A stretch of 64,000 nt of DNA, taken from NCBI RefSeq assembly GCF_009914755.1, contig NC_060928.1; one strand, written 5' to 3'. Positions 24,340 to 38,282 of this stretch are shown piece by piece (the stretch's first letter is position 1; every line of letters starts with the position of its first letter). A program made the position numbers and the translations under genes. Source of the DNA: the human T2T-CHM13v2.0 reference genome, Homo sapiens. A model generated the notes under the pieces. It had not been told where the DNA came from. It saw nothing but the letters and a program-made list of their open reading frames with translations, and ran no database searches.

Positions 24340-25329
24340 ATCAAGGCCACAACTTGAGTTTCAACATGCTGGATAACACCATCCAGTAAATGGATTAGTT
24401 GTGAGGTTAGTTGTGAAATCTTAGGAGCTTTGGGAATCCAACTCCAGCTCACCAGAGCTGCAAAGTTGGAACCACTGCTCAATGGATCTGGAAGTAAGAA
24501 CATAAAACCAAAGAACATCAATCTCAAGGCTTAAAATACAGTGAAATTTGCCTTGTAAGTTTTGGATTTGTTTCAGCTTTGTCACCTTTTCCTTCTTTCC
24601 TATTTTTCCTTTTGGAAATTGCAGTACTTATTCTAAGCCTTCCCTGCAATTTTATTTTGTAAGAATATTGCTTCTGTGGTTTCAGAATTTCGCAGATTGA
24701 GAGAAATTTTGGCTCAGGGTAAATTGTATTTCCAGTCTCACCTATATATCATCTGATTTTGATGATGTTTAGATAAGGCTTTAGATTTCAGAGTTGGTGA
24801 TGGAATGAATTAATACTTTTGGGACAGTTGGACAGAATGAACATATTTTGCATGTGAGAAGGACATGAATTTTGGAGGTTCAGGTATAAAATACTATTGA
24901 CTCAGTTTTGTCCTTCCCCAAATTTATATGTTGAAGACCTCACCCTCCTATGTGATGGTATTTAGAGATGGGATCTTTGGAAGTTAATTAAGGTTAGATA
25001 AAATAATGAGGGTGGAAATCTCATAATAGGATTAGTGAAGAAGAAACGAAAATGAAAAAGAGGAAGAAGAAGAAGAAGAGGAAGAGAAAGAAAGAGAGAG
25101 AGAGAGGAGGGAGAGAGGAGGAGGGAGGGAGGGAGGGAATGATCTCATTCCTTGTTGTGAGGACACAGTGAGAAAGGGTCAATCTATAAGCCATAAAGTG
25201 AAATCTCACCCAAAATTGACCATGCTGACCTTGTACTTCCAGTATCCAGAATTATGAGCTAATTAATTTCTGTTGTTTAAGTCACCTATCTATAGCATTT
25301 TGTTATGTCAGGGCAAGCTGACCAAGACT
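24340..25329 (+). mobile_element. MLT1A-type internal 3' part plus LTR (LTR ~24892-25329) with GA-rich expansion 25037-25139
   Basis: tattttgcatgtgagaaggacatgaattttgg (MaLR-int end) then tatgttgaag..tgtgatggtatttagagatggg..ttgtttaagtcacc. Confidence 0.8.
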
Positions 25330-25815
25330 ACCAGAAACAAACATGGGAACGGGATTTTAGTATAAATAGTTTATTGGGGGGGATTCTAGCAAACATTGAT
25401 AGGAAAACAGAAATGAGAGACAGGGAATGGAAGGCATCCAGTAACTGGGTTAGTTGTTAGGTCAGTTACCACTGTGGGTAAGTGAAATGTGAGCACACTG
25501 GGAAAATCTAGGCCCCAGATAGAATATGTCCTTCAAAGATATTTTACCTATGGGGCTATGGAGTAGAATATTTATATACATACTCCTGTCAATCATTTGT
25601 TGATGGTATCCCCAAGGAATATTAATTTGGAAGAATTTCTGGCTTCCCAAGCTGGTGGAGAAAAGGGCTCTGGAAATAAAAGGTCTTACACCAAGAAGTG
25701 AAAATGCGGCACCAGAAATTTTTGCTGGTATGCATGAAGATTGAGACTGCCAAAAGGATGTGGGTGGATAACTAAGGAGCTTTGCTCCATTTCTTTTGCA
25801 CAACCACCTATCTAC
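25330..25815 (-). mobile_element. LTR33 (ERVL) LTR
   Basis: tagtttattgggggg..gagacagggaatggaagg..cagttaccactgtgggtaa. Confidence 0.7.
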
Positions 25816-27039
25816 TGTGATTGCCACTCTGCTTTCTTTAAGAGAGGCAGGAACTTAGAAAACTACCCCTATTTTAAATCTATTTCACCCACATGTAGTT
25901 TACCATTTTTTGGTAATAGCTCAACTTTTATTAGTCTTTCCAAATGATTCAATTCTACTGTTGCATGACTGTGCATGCTACTTAATCATTAAATTCCGTA
26001 ATTACAACAGCAAGCACACTTCATGTGAACGGGTTTGGAAAGAAAATCTTTGCTATTTGTAGGATTATAACTCAAGTCTGGCATCAGAGATGCACGGGCC
26101 TACTGCCTAGAAGCATTCAGTATGCAATGAGCATCAGTCAATATAAATTCCAGAGGGAGTGAAGACATTGGTTAATCCAGTGAGTCTGGTGAGTGGAGGT
26201 TAGTAAAAAGAACTCTTAGTCTCTAAGAACAGCTGTTGCATGGAAAATAAATGTTACTTTCTCCAGAGATACTAACTTTGATTGGAACTGGGGGAAGAAC
26301 ATCAACTTTGCTCAGTATCAGGTATGTTTTTCTCACAAGTACATTTTTCACAAAAACAGAACGGGTAAACTAGGAAAACTATAACTTACTGTAACTAGGG
26401 TATTCAAGCAAAATGTACTTCACAACTCAGTATGTGTCTGTTGGGGGTCATTACATTTCAGTATCATTTGTTAGTTTATGCTAAATGATCTCTGTAGGTT
26501 CTTCATTTCTTTATATTTTCAGATTCAAAATACAACCCAGTTGTTATTTGCCCTTAAAGCATCATTCAGCTCCACTGAGCTTTATTAGAGAACTATATTT
26601 ACACTTTATGCTTCTTAGGAATGAACGTTCAGGCAAAAATCAAGTGTTTGTGTTAGCTGAGCCATTTTAGCATGAATCGCTCTACTTTCCTGCCAAAGTC
26701 AAAAGACTTAAAAAAATCCTAACATATTCCTGGGGAGAAGCTTTGTATAGTTTCCAAAAGAAGCTGGCTTATGTTGTTCAAAGACAGAATGTTGAATTTT
26801 TCCCTTCTTGTGCCTCTGATAAATTCTACCTTCAGTGAGAGAACAACTGTTTATTCATGTCAAGTTACTGAAGCAAGTGCCCTGATCTTTCCCTTTTGTT
26901 AGGAACGTTTTTGTAAATCATCACCTGAAATGTTTGGTTGACATTAAATTATTTCTTGTCTGTTGCTGGTGCTGCCAGATCAGTGTTCATGCACGGGTTT
27001 GTATTCTAGGGGCCCCATAACATAGCCCTTATATTCTTC

Positions 27040-27290
27040 CAGCAATATTGCCTCTCTTCTCCTGAATAAACTTCTGTCATTTCCCACCCCAGGTCTTTAT
27101 TGTGCTGCTCCCTCGCTTCCAATTCCTTCTCACCCTGTTATTCTCAATTCACTCTGAAACACCTTGATTGTGTTCTAGTTCCTGGTTGTTCTCCGGCCTG
27201 GGTGAGCTCCTCTTCATCTTATTCCCTATAGCACCTTGCACAGGCCTCTATCATTTAGACATTGCTTGTAGGCCTCCACCTCTCCACTAC
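27040..27290 (+). mobile_element. L2 fragment
   Basis: tcccaccccaggtcttt..tgctgctccctc..ttccctatagcaccttgcaca. Confidence 0.5.
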
Positions 27291-27821
27291 TACAAAGAAA
27301 TATATGCAATGGCATTAATCATGGTGAAAGAGAGTTAATGTCATAGGAAGTGGAAATGTATATAGCCCATCTTCCAATCTTACCACAGTTCCAGGATCTC
27401 AGGGAAGACTGAGTGGTTCCTGAACAAAAAAGGCAGTGTGACAGGCATGAATCTTTGAGAATATCATCATGTGTATCAAGACTTGTCTTGCTAATTCGTT
27501 CCCCAATGCACAGAGTTAAACAGCTTTAGCTTTGCCCATTTTATCTATATTCCAGAATGTAGGAAAATACTCTGTCCTAGTTTGATTAGCTCATCTGGTT
27601 AAAAATCTAGTATTTGGAAATCAAAGAAATAGACTTAGTTCATGAATACATCTATCATGGTTCCTTAATTCCACTCCAATATTCTGCATTCTCAGATACC
27701 TCCTGCACATGAGCAACACAAAAAATAAGGTACGGTAGACTAATTGAGTTGTAGGAAAAATTCACATAAGCAGAGCCTATTGACAAATGTCAAGAAAATT
27801 TACATAAAACATACAGGATGT

Positions 27822-28092
27822 GGCCTGGTGCAGTGCCTCAGTTCTGTATTCCAGTACTTTGAGAGACCGAGGTGGGCTGATCAGGTGAGACCAGGAGTTG
27901 GAGACCAGCCTGGGCAACATGGTGAAGTCCCCTTTCAAACCAAAAAAAACCACAAAAATTTGCCGGGAATAGACGTGTACCCCTGTAGTCCCAGTTACTG
28001 GTGGGTAGGGGAGGTCTGAGGTGAGAAGATTAATTGAACCTGGGAGGTCAAGTGACAGAGTGTGAACCTGTCTCAAAAAAAAAAAAAAAAAA
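27822..28092 (+). mobile_element. AluJ, diverged, with right-arm deletion
   Basis: gagaccagcctgggcaacatggtga..gggaggtcaag joined to tgacagagtg..tgtctc and poly-A. Confidence 0.88.
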
Positions 28093-28250
28093 ACATTACG
28101 TAAATCAATAAAATATATAGGATTATATAAGACGATCAGAATAAATCTGATATTTTCAATAACTGTGCACATTGCAATATTTAATTTTTAGGCAATGTCT
28201 TATACACGTTATTTGGTATGAAACACTAGATGCTATTGTCTATGTGTTGT

Positions 28251-28544
28251 TTTGTTTTATTTTGTTTTTTTGAGACAGAGTCTCACTCTACCACCCAGGC
28301 TGGAGTGTGTGATCTTGGCTCACTGCAATCTCCACCTTCCAGGTTCAAGCGATAATCTTGCCTCAACCCCTTGAATAGCTGGGATTACAGGTTCACGCCA
28401 CCACACCAAGCTAATTTTTGTATTTTTAATAGAGATGGGGTTTCACCATGTTGGCCAGGGGGACTTGAACTCCTGACCTCGTGATCCACCCACCTCAGCC
28501 TCCCAAAGTGCTGGGATTACAGGTGTGAGCCACCATGCCCTGCC
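28251..28544 (-). mobile_element. AluS (Sg-like)
   Basis: Antisense Alu with gaactcctgacctcgtgatcc; TSD tctatgtgttgt/tctatggttgt. Confidence 0.93.
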
Positions 28545-29187
28545 TCTATGGTTGTCTTTTAAATTTCCTATATTAATAAATCTTTCAGAAAGTAATGTGC
28601 ATGAAATCATTAAATATTACTTCATTTTATGTTGAGTTTATAATGTATATAATAAACTTAGAGCAAAAGTCCAAAAGATAATTTTAGAAACCCCCATTTA
28701 ATATTAGTCAAATATCAAAATATAAGGAAATGATTATTATCAAGTATTTAGATTCCCATTTTTTAAAACAAAAATACCCTCTGAAACCCACCAATTTACT
28801 CAAAATATTCTACCCTTTTGGTTTTTACAATGTTCTGCAATAAGTATTACTATTTAGGATGACCTCCTTTGAGAAGTATAACATACCAGAGGACACAAAT
28901 GTTACATTTGTTAGTATATGCTGTCCGACGAAGGAAAATAAAAGCATTTTAAATATGGAACAAACTCCACGGCATTCACTTAACTCATTCCCCTTACTCG
29001 TTGTTACTTGCCTTAGAGGAAATACTTACTTCAATAAATTTAGGTTTAACTCATCACACCATGGAGAATATAACAGTGTCTACCATGAAGAGCTATCATA
29101 AGAATCACATGACTTAATTTATATAAAGCTTTTAGCATAGCACCAATTAAAAATTATCAAAAAGTTATTCTTATGATTACCATATCC

Positions 29188-29960
29188 ACTCATTCATTCA
29201 ACTATTATCCCTTCATGTAATTTACTGAGCTTTCTGTGCTCATGTAGAGTTCAGTGAGGGTATAAAACAGTAATAAAACATGCAACTTTTCTTTTCTGTG
29301 GTGCTACCAGGTCAGCTTGGGCGGGTTCAGCTGTTTTAAACCGACTGCACTGGTGTTATGGTAGCTGTATGAGCTATATGCCTGCCATGGGAACACAGAG
29401 GAAGGAGCATCTACTTTATCCAACATATGAAGGGGAAGACTTTCCAAAGGCAACTCACGCTGGATAGGTCTTTGAAAGATGAATAGATTTCAACTGATGA
29501 AGGAGGAGGAAGACACCCTGATAACAGGCAAGGAACGGGAAGCCTATTTTGAAATTAGAAGTAGTCCTCTGTAGCTGGACCATAGGGTGCATTGGATTTT
29601 AGTTCTGACAAATTGACACCATCATTCACTTCGTGTGGGATGCTAAGGGGTCGTCTTAGTTTATGCCATGGAAAATGAGGAATCTGGAGAATGATGGGAG
29701 GTTTTGAAGAAGGAGAATAATCACCTACAAAAATAGATGTGAGAGAGATAATTCTGGCTTCAGCATCAAAGACAAATTGGAAAGATAAAAAATGGAGAAA
29801 GTGAGACTGTTTAAAGAGTCTAGATAAAATTATGTTGGCCAGAAAACTGCGAAAGAAGTTGGGATAAAGATAATGGATGGATGAGAGAGACTTTGTGGAG
29901 ATTAATAGACACATCCATTTATTCAGGCTAATTCTGACATGAAGAGAAAGAGCAAAGGGA
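29188..29960 (-). mobile_element. L2 LINE 3' fragment
   Basis: cattcattcaac..atttactgagc..ggtctttgaaagatgaataga..agataattctggct. Confidence 0.7.
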
Positions 29961-30725
29961 TGCATTCATCAGGTACACATGAAGAACGTGAAGCTCAGGC
30001 GTGTTGAATACTTTTTTTCAAGGCCGAACACCTTACAGGAATCGTAGCTTATTCCCCTTGGGCTTTCTTACTCCCAGTGCTATGAGGTCCTCTCCCCACA
30101 CTGTCCACTGCTTTTCTTTTGTCAGTGAAGATCTCATGTGCAACCACTCTAATTTTGTGAATGTTGCCTTTCTTGGTCCCCAGGATACATTGCTAATATT
30201 TGTTAATATTTAAAATGAACAGCCTGGATGTAAAGAAGCCGATCTCACTCACTTCTAGTTTACAGTATGCAGCACAAAGGGAGCAAGAGCACTGGGATAA
30301 GCTCTGTTCTCAACTCTACTATGTCATGCACGTAGATTAGCAGCAAAAATAGAAATGCACATTTAGTTCCTTATTCAGCAAAAACTGGAAAGCCACCAGA
30401 TTATAGGAGCAGCAGAATACAAAGATTGACATTTTGACAAAGCCTTCTTTCAGAAATGAACACCCAAGAACGATGACTCAGGCAAATTATCTCTTAATCG
30501 CTGACCAGTTTTTAACTGGGTCAACCCCAAACAAGGACATAAATTGAATTGGATGGAACAAATGCTTGTTACCTGATTTGGTTTAGAAGGACTTGGCAGA
30601 ATTGGGGTTCGATGACTAAAAAGATTTTGGGCTAGATACTGATACAAGTTTAATGACTCAAGTTATTAAATAAACATTTATAACTTAAGACATTATCTTG
30701 GGAAAATAAAATATTTTATAGATGA

Positions 30726-31331
30726 ATATTAATTTTCCATTGTTCCATAACAATTTACCACAAGTGCTACAGCTTAACACAACACAAATATATTATCTCA
30801 CAGTTCATGGTCGAGATTCCAAATACATAATTAGCTGGGTCCTCTGCCCTGGGTCTCACAAGGCTGAAATCAGAGTATGGGCTGAGACTTTTCCAGGCTA
30901 ACTGGTTGTTGGTAAAACTGAGTTCCTTTTGATTACAGAACAAAGGACTTTGGCTCTCCGAGGTTAGTCTCCATTCCCTGCCGTATGGCCCTCTTTATAA
31001 TATGACAGGTTTATTCTTTAAGACTAGCAAGACTACATCTCTGCTGCTTCAGCTCTATCTGCTTTCTTTCATCTCTGACCTCTGGATCCTCTTTCATAGG
31101 TCTCACCTGATGAGATCAGACCCACCAGGGAAGCATCTATTTTGATTAATTTAAAATAAACTGATAAGAGGCCTTATCACATTTGTAAAACACCTTCACC
31201 TTTGCAACAGAAAATAATCTAAACACAGGAGGGGCATTCATACTTAGTTTCTTTCTTTACTTAAGGGAATATACAAAAGCATATACTAGGGTGAGGAAGC
31301 ACTGAGGTCCATTTAGAATTCTGCCTACCAC
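30726..31331 (-). mobile_element. MLT1E-like MaLR LTR
   Basis: taacaatttaccacaa..attatctcacagtt..gggtctcacaaggctgaaatca..tttagaattctgcctaccac. Confidence 0.8.
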
Positions 31332-32231
31332 CATGCATTTCTAGGTAATGGTGAATAGATGCAGATGTGGAGTTGTCCAAGTAACACGCTATTTTGAGGC
31401 AGGATCTAGATTCTAACCTAGAATCTACTCCAGAATGTATTCCTGATTCTAAGCCAGCAAGTTTCCCTCGAAGATGTGAAGCTATTAATAACAATGTCTC
31501 ACTGTCATGGGCTTCTATTCGTTATAAAACAAAATCAACAACACCTCCTGACACACAGCAAATGTTCAAGAGTTGGTGAATAAATGATCCAGTTGTAAGC
31601 GCTAGCTAAATTTCCAGCCACAAGGCTATAAGTAAGCTATTTAAAGAGAATAGAAACACACAAGGATGGTCAACAAATTGCCATGTAATTTTGAGGGATG
31701 TGCAATAATAAGGATAAAACTGATTAGAATTAATAGCAATTGAAGACCCGCTAAGTGGCATAAAAGAATACATATTATTAGATAATGAGGAAACATATCA
31801 TTTCTAATTAACGTAGTAACCTAGCCAGGCTTACTCATTTGTTAAATGAGTAGATTGGGAAGCAGCAGGTAAATGGTAGAGAGAACTCCCAGATCTTGAC
31901 ATAATTGGCTCCGAAGTCCAGCACTATTTAGTATATCAAACTATATCTGAATTAGGACTAACCACGATTAATTAGGATGACATGGTAGAAAGTTTGGCTA
32001 CTCTGAAGTGAATATCCAGGGGTCCAGAAAAAATATGTCAAAAGTTGTCATTCTGGTAACTTGCCAAGAGGTATGTGATATCAGGCCTGCTAGCTTGGGA
32101 TTTCTTTCTTAATCTGAGAAAGAGACAAGAAATAGAAAGGTCCTATTTCTGTGGCTCTAAACCCAAAACATGGTGACCTGGAGAAGAATCTACCCACAGA
32201 AGTAAAATAGTTCTGGATAGCGTATAGTGAG

Positions 32232-32838
32232 TGTATTAGTTGTCTATTGCTGTGTAACAAATTAACACAAACTTGAGGGCCTTAAAAACACATACATTTA
32301 TTGCCTAACAGTTTTGTGGCTCAGGTGAAATGGACACGGCTTGGTTGCGTCTTCTATTTTTGATCTCTCATAAGGCTCCAATTAGGATGCTGCTTAGCAC
32401 TAGAGTTTCATCTAAAGACTTGACTGGGAAAGAATCTGCTTTCCAAGTTATATGACTTTTGGTAGCATTCATTTCTTCATGCACTACAGGATTGATGATT
32501 GGAACCCCTTGTGGGATTTTAGGATGAAAGATAAAATTTCCTTAGCTGGAGGATGTACTCGTCCCTCTGTTCCCTTCCACACAGGCCTCTCCAACTTGGC
32601 GGTTTGCCTCATTCAAGCATGCACACCAAGAAGTCAACAGAGACAGTCTGTTAGCAAGATTGAAGTTGCAATTCTAAGTAATTAAATTGCAGAGGGGACA
32701 TCCCATCGTCTTTGCTGTACCCTATTGATCAGAAGCAATCACTACATTGAGCCTACACTCAAAAAGAGAGGGATTTTATAGGGATGTATATACCAGGAGG
32801 TGGGGTTCATTTGAGGCCATTTTGAAGTTTGTCTGCAC
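32232..32838 (-). mobile_element. MLT1F-like MaLR LTR
   Basis: tgtattagttgtctattgctgtgtaacaaatta..ttgactgggaaagaatctgctt..taccaggaggtggggttcattt. Confidence 0.8.
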
Positions 32839-32959
32839 AAAAGTATAACATAAGGGTTGAGGATGTATACTTTCAGAGCCAACTCAGTGTGTCGAAGTCT
32901 TGGCTGCTTCATTCAATAAGTATGTGATATTTTTCATATTGGTAAAAATTTGTCTTTTT

Positions 32960-33570
32960 AAAAAATTTACTTATTTTTATTTATTTTAATTGACAAATAA
33001 TTGTATATATTTATGGTGTACAATGTGATTTTTTAATCTATGTATACATTGGAGAAAGGTCAAATAAAACTAAGGAACATATCCATCATTTCACTAATTT
33101 ATCATTTTGTGTGGTAAGGATGTTAAAATCTATTTTTTAGCAGTTTAAAAATATACACTACATTATAACTAATTGTGGTCACCATACAGTATAGTAGATC
33201 ACTAAAACTCATTTCTAGAGTCTAACTTAAACTATGTACTTTTTGATCAACATCTTTCTTTTCTCTATTCCTCTCTTCCCCCTACTCCAACCTCCTAGCC
33301 CCTAGTAATTACCTTTCTACTGTCTATTTATATGAGAGCAACTAAGATTCTACCTATAAGTGAGATTACACAGTATTTGTTTTTCTCTGCCTGGTCTATT
33401 GCACTTAGCATAATGTCCTCCAGTTCAATCCATGTTGTCACAAATGACAGAATTTCCTTCTTCATTAAGACTGTATTGCATTCCACTGAATATATATATC
33501 ACATTTTTAAATCCATTTATTCATTGATGGACACATAGGTTGCTCCCATATTTGGGCTATTGTGATATTG
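32960..33570 (-). mobile_element. L1MA 3' end inserted in a MIR
   Basis: ttttaattgacaaataattgtatatatttatggtgtacaatgtg..ataagtgagattacacagtatttgt; MIR pieces at ~32845-32950 and ~33670-33750. Confidence 0.88.
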
Positions 33571-34598
33571 TGGATGCTCCCTCTAACAAAATCTATCTTG
33601 TCAACATTTTACTTTTAATTAATAAAGCAATATCATGATCTTGCAATAAAAAATATCTCTAGTATTCACTTGTCATGTCAACTTAGGTGACTTACCATTT
33701 CTCTGCTCCCATTTTCTCATGTGTAAGTTGGTGATAGCAAAGGTAATATTGGAGGACATTAAGTGACGGGCACTGGCAGTGCTGTTGGTGTTCAAGACCC
33801 AGATCATTAAAGCTATTTCAAAAGAACTTCTTTGACCACCTGAGACACTGGTTGTCACTTCACCAATTTCTATTATTGCACCAATTACAGTTTGTTTATC
33901 TACGCCTTTTATTAGACTATCAACTGTGTGAAGGTTCATAGTTCAAGCTCCTTGCCCTGCCATATCTCAACACAGAGCTTGCTATGAGCCCTAGGCATTC
34001 AATAAATGCATGTTTAATGTTAATTATAGTCACAAGAAGGGCTTGAGAGTTAGAGAGTCACTGATTAAATAACAATTTATTTTCCATATTAAAATATAAA
34101 ATCAGATTTCCTTACAATAGTTAGTTGTGATAGAATTACAGATGGGTTAGTAATTCAAGACATTTCCAAACAAGACTCTCTTGTAGCCTCCCGCTGAGGT
34201 CTTCTTGAAGTGGAGCCATATATTCTGCATCTTTGAAAACTGGCTTTTAGATAAACATCTTTTCAATGAAACAAGTGCTGGCATTAACGTTTCTCTAAGG
34301 ATAATTTTTTCGATTGTCTTATTGCGTTTGCTAAATTATGAACATTTTAGGAAATGTCCTGATTTGATCTTTGTTCTAATCTATGTCCATTAGCCTTTTA
34401 CTGAACTTATTCATTCCTGAACATGTTAAACATATACTACACTGAGAACAGTTTGTTTTCTCCTTATTCTGTGAGTACATTAAAGGTTCAATTTACAGTT
34501 TAAGGGAAAAATAAGTTAAAATTACCAGTAAGTGTGCCTTACTAATTTTATTTTAGATAGTAATAAATAACAAGGACCCATTCGGACTCTTCTAGAGC

Positions 34599-35166
<568 letters not shown>

Positions 35167-35430
35167 AAAGCTGAAACACATTTTTTAATAATAGAGGAAG
35201 TTTCTTAAAAAGAAAACTGCCTAAATTATATATGCAATGGTAACATATTGAATGAAAATTCCAGTCATTTCCCCGTTTCAAGGTGTATCAGACCAAATCT
35301 CTAATATGTGAATCCAGGTGGCAAACAAACATGCTAATTTTATGCTGAATGAATCTACCATGGCTTATAAATGGAGATTCCAGCAGTTTAAATTATATTC
35401 TTGTATGACACATCAATAGACACATGTATT

Positions 35431-35780
35431 TTTCATAGTCTATTTGGGCTGCTATAACAGAGTATCACAGACTGGCTAGTTTATAAACAACGAAATATAT
35501 TTATCATAGTTCTGGAGACTGTCAAGTCCAAGACCAAGTTCTGGAAGATCTGATGTCTGCTGAGAGCTTGCTTTCTGCTTCATAGATGGCCAATTTTTTT
35601 TGCTGTGTCCTCACACGGCATAAAGGACGCAAGAGCTCTCTGGAGTCTCTTTTGTAAGGGTACTATCCCTTTTGGGCAGACCTATTCACCTCCCAAAGAC
35701 CCCAGCTCCTAATATCATCACATTGGGGAGTGTTTTCACATGTGAATTTTCAGGGAACAAATATTCACCATATACCAACA
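35431..35780 (-). mobile_element. MSTD/MLT1A-type MaLR LTR
   Basis: tttgggctgctataaca..tttataaacaac..aagtccaaga..ctcctaatatcatcacattgggg. Confidence 0.85.
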
Positions 35781-36697
35781 GCAAACTGCTAAAATACAAT
35801 CGGGGATATTTGTACATGCAAAATATTAAACAAATTACCCATAGTTTCTGTGGCTATAGTAACTTTCCAACTTGCTTTCAAACCTATAATATTTGTTTGT
35901 GGTGTATATTCTGCACTATGATTTGAGACTTATTTCTCAAACAAAACATAAGAATAATGTTTTCTTAATTAAAAACAAGAACATCAATAGTGGGGAAAAA
36001 AATCAGGTAAACACATATGAGCTCCTGACTTGCAGTATTCCATTTACATACAAAAAGAAATGTTAGTATTTCTATAAGTGTTTGCCTGGTTGTCTTTACA
36101 AAACTAAATCTGATACTCGGAGGACTTGAAACTTGATTCCCCTCTTCCTTGTCAAATGAAAACAGAAAAAGTCAATCATGCTGTAATTATAATTTATTGT
36201 ATTCAAACTGAATTAAAATTTTCACGACAGTGTAAGTGGTATTCTAAAATTGTGTATCAAAAGCACAAAGAACTACAAAAATATAACTTGATAAATTATA
36301 AATATCTACATACTAAATTAAACTGTTATGTAACTTTGAAAAATGTACTAAGCAAAATAAAAATTTCTGAAGGCTTTAATATGCACAGCCGTCAATTTTA
36401 CAAGTACATTGAAAATGTCAACTTCCTGTAATCGGATCATAGGTAATTTCTACCAACACTGAAACACTGAAAGTGTGAACCACTAAGAAACCCTGGATAA
36501 TACTATTTTACACATATGTTTAAAGGAACCAGAAAGGAAACCAGACAGTAAGATTTATGGGGGCCACAATCCAGAAGGAGGAGAAATGTTGAATGTGAAA
36601 CTGACTTTAAAAAGCTCTTTTCTCCTAACAGCAATGGTAGAATTCCAGAAAAAGCTACTAAAATACCAAGAAGCCAGGCAGATAGTTTGATAGCGTC

Positions 36698-37068
36698 TGT
36701 TCTGGACCGAATGTTTATATCCTGCCAAAATTACTATGTTGAAATAATCACGTCCAATTTGATGGTATTTGGAGATGAGGCCTCTGGGAGGTGATTAGGT
36801 CATGTGAGTACAGCTTTCATGGTGGGATTAGCGCCCTTATAAAAGGGACTCCAGAGAGGACTCTCACTCTCTTTCTGCCATGTGAAGATATAAGGAGAAG
36901 CCAACTGTCTGCAACTTGGAAGGAATTCTTCACCAGAACTACTGACCCAACCATGCTGGCACTCTGATCTTGAATTTCCAGCCTCCAGGACTGTATAAAA
37001 TAAATTTCTGATGTTTAAGCCCCCCAACCTACGGTACTTTGTTACAGCAGCTTGAGCTGACTACAGCA
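36698..37068 (+). mobile_element. MLT1A0-like MaLR LTR
   Basis: tatgttgaaa..gggattagcgcccttataaaagggac..ccatgctggcactctgatcttg; TSD gcgtc/gcctc. Confidence 0.88.
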
Positions 37069-37915
37069 GCCTCATTGGGTTATCGGGGAGGCAGAGAGAG
37101 GCTAGAATACTGGAGTCAGAGTCGGGGCAGGGGAGCTGGTTTTGGATCCACAAAGGCTGTATCCCAAAACTAAAGTAAGGAATAGACCAGCTCACACAAA
37201 GATTGAAGCCCAGCTGTCAATCACATCTGTCTCCACAATTAGATTAAGTTGATATTTCATGCTTGTGGCCACCTTCCATAGGAAAAAGCAAGTCCTCTCT
37301 GGAAGAGGATATTCACATGTTAAGCTTCAAATTGTCTCCAAAATATCTGTATTACATGTATAACTTTCAAAAAAAAATGTAAAGCAATAGTCATAGAAAA
37401 ACAAGAAAATCAAAAGACCATAGACATATACTCACAGGATATTCTAATAACTTAAATCACAAAATCAAATAGACTTCCTGATAGATTAAACAATGATTAG
37501 ACGCAAATTAGACGTAGGTGAAGGTCAACCAGATAGCTTAGGGTAGAACATATAGGACAGCATAAAATATATAGACTAAATTGGAAACAAAACATTTTAA
37601 TATAGAAAATATTGTAAAATACATATTTAATACGGAGAAAATTTGTAAAGTATAAAATATGGTATCCCAGAAGGAAGAATGAGGAAATGAGAAGAAACAA
37701 TATTTAAATAATTCATGCCCTGAATAATCTGAAATTGGCAGAAGACATAAAATATCTCAGATTCAGGAGGCAGTGGAAACATATCTGGAGAGGATATTCA
37801 AATAAGATAAATACAACAAAACCAAAAACCACACTAGGCATACAATAGAAAAACTGAAGAAAACCAAAGACAAAAACAAATTAAACGCAGATGGAAAACA
37901 AACCACCGAAGGCAC

Positions 37916-38282
37916 TGTATTAGTCCGTTCTTACACTGCTAACAAAGGCACACCCAAGACTGGGTAATTTATAAAGGAAAGAGGTTTAATTGACTTACAA
38001 TTCAGCATGACTGGGAAGGCCTCAGGAAATTTACAATCATGGTAGAAAGAGAAGTGGACATATGTTTCTTCACTTTCACTTGGTGACAGGGAGAAGAAGA
38101 ATGAGAATCCAGTGAAGGGGGAAGGTATAAAACCTTCGGATATCGTGAGAACTTACTATCACGAGAATAGCATGGGGGAACCGCCCCCATGACTCAATTA
38201 CCTCCCACTGTGTCAATCCTGGGGATTACGGGAACTACAATTCAAGATGAGATCCATGTGGGGACACAGCCAAACCGTATTA
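37916..38282 (-). mobile_element. THE1 (C/D-like) solo LTR
   Basis: tgtattagtccgttcttacactgcta..ctacaattcaagatgagat..gggacacagccaaaccgtatta. Confidence 0.92.
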
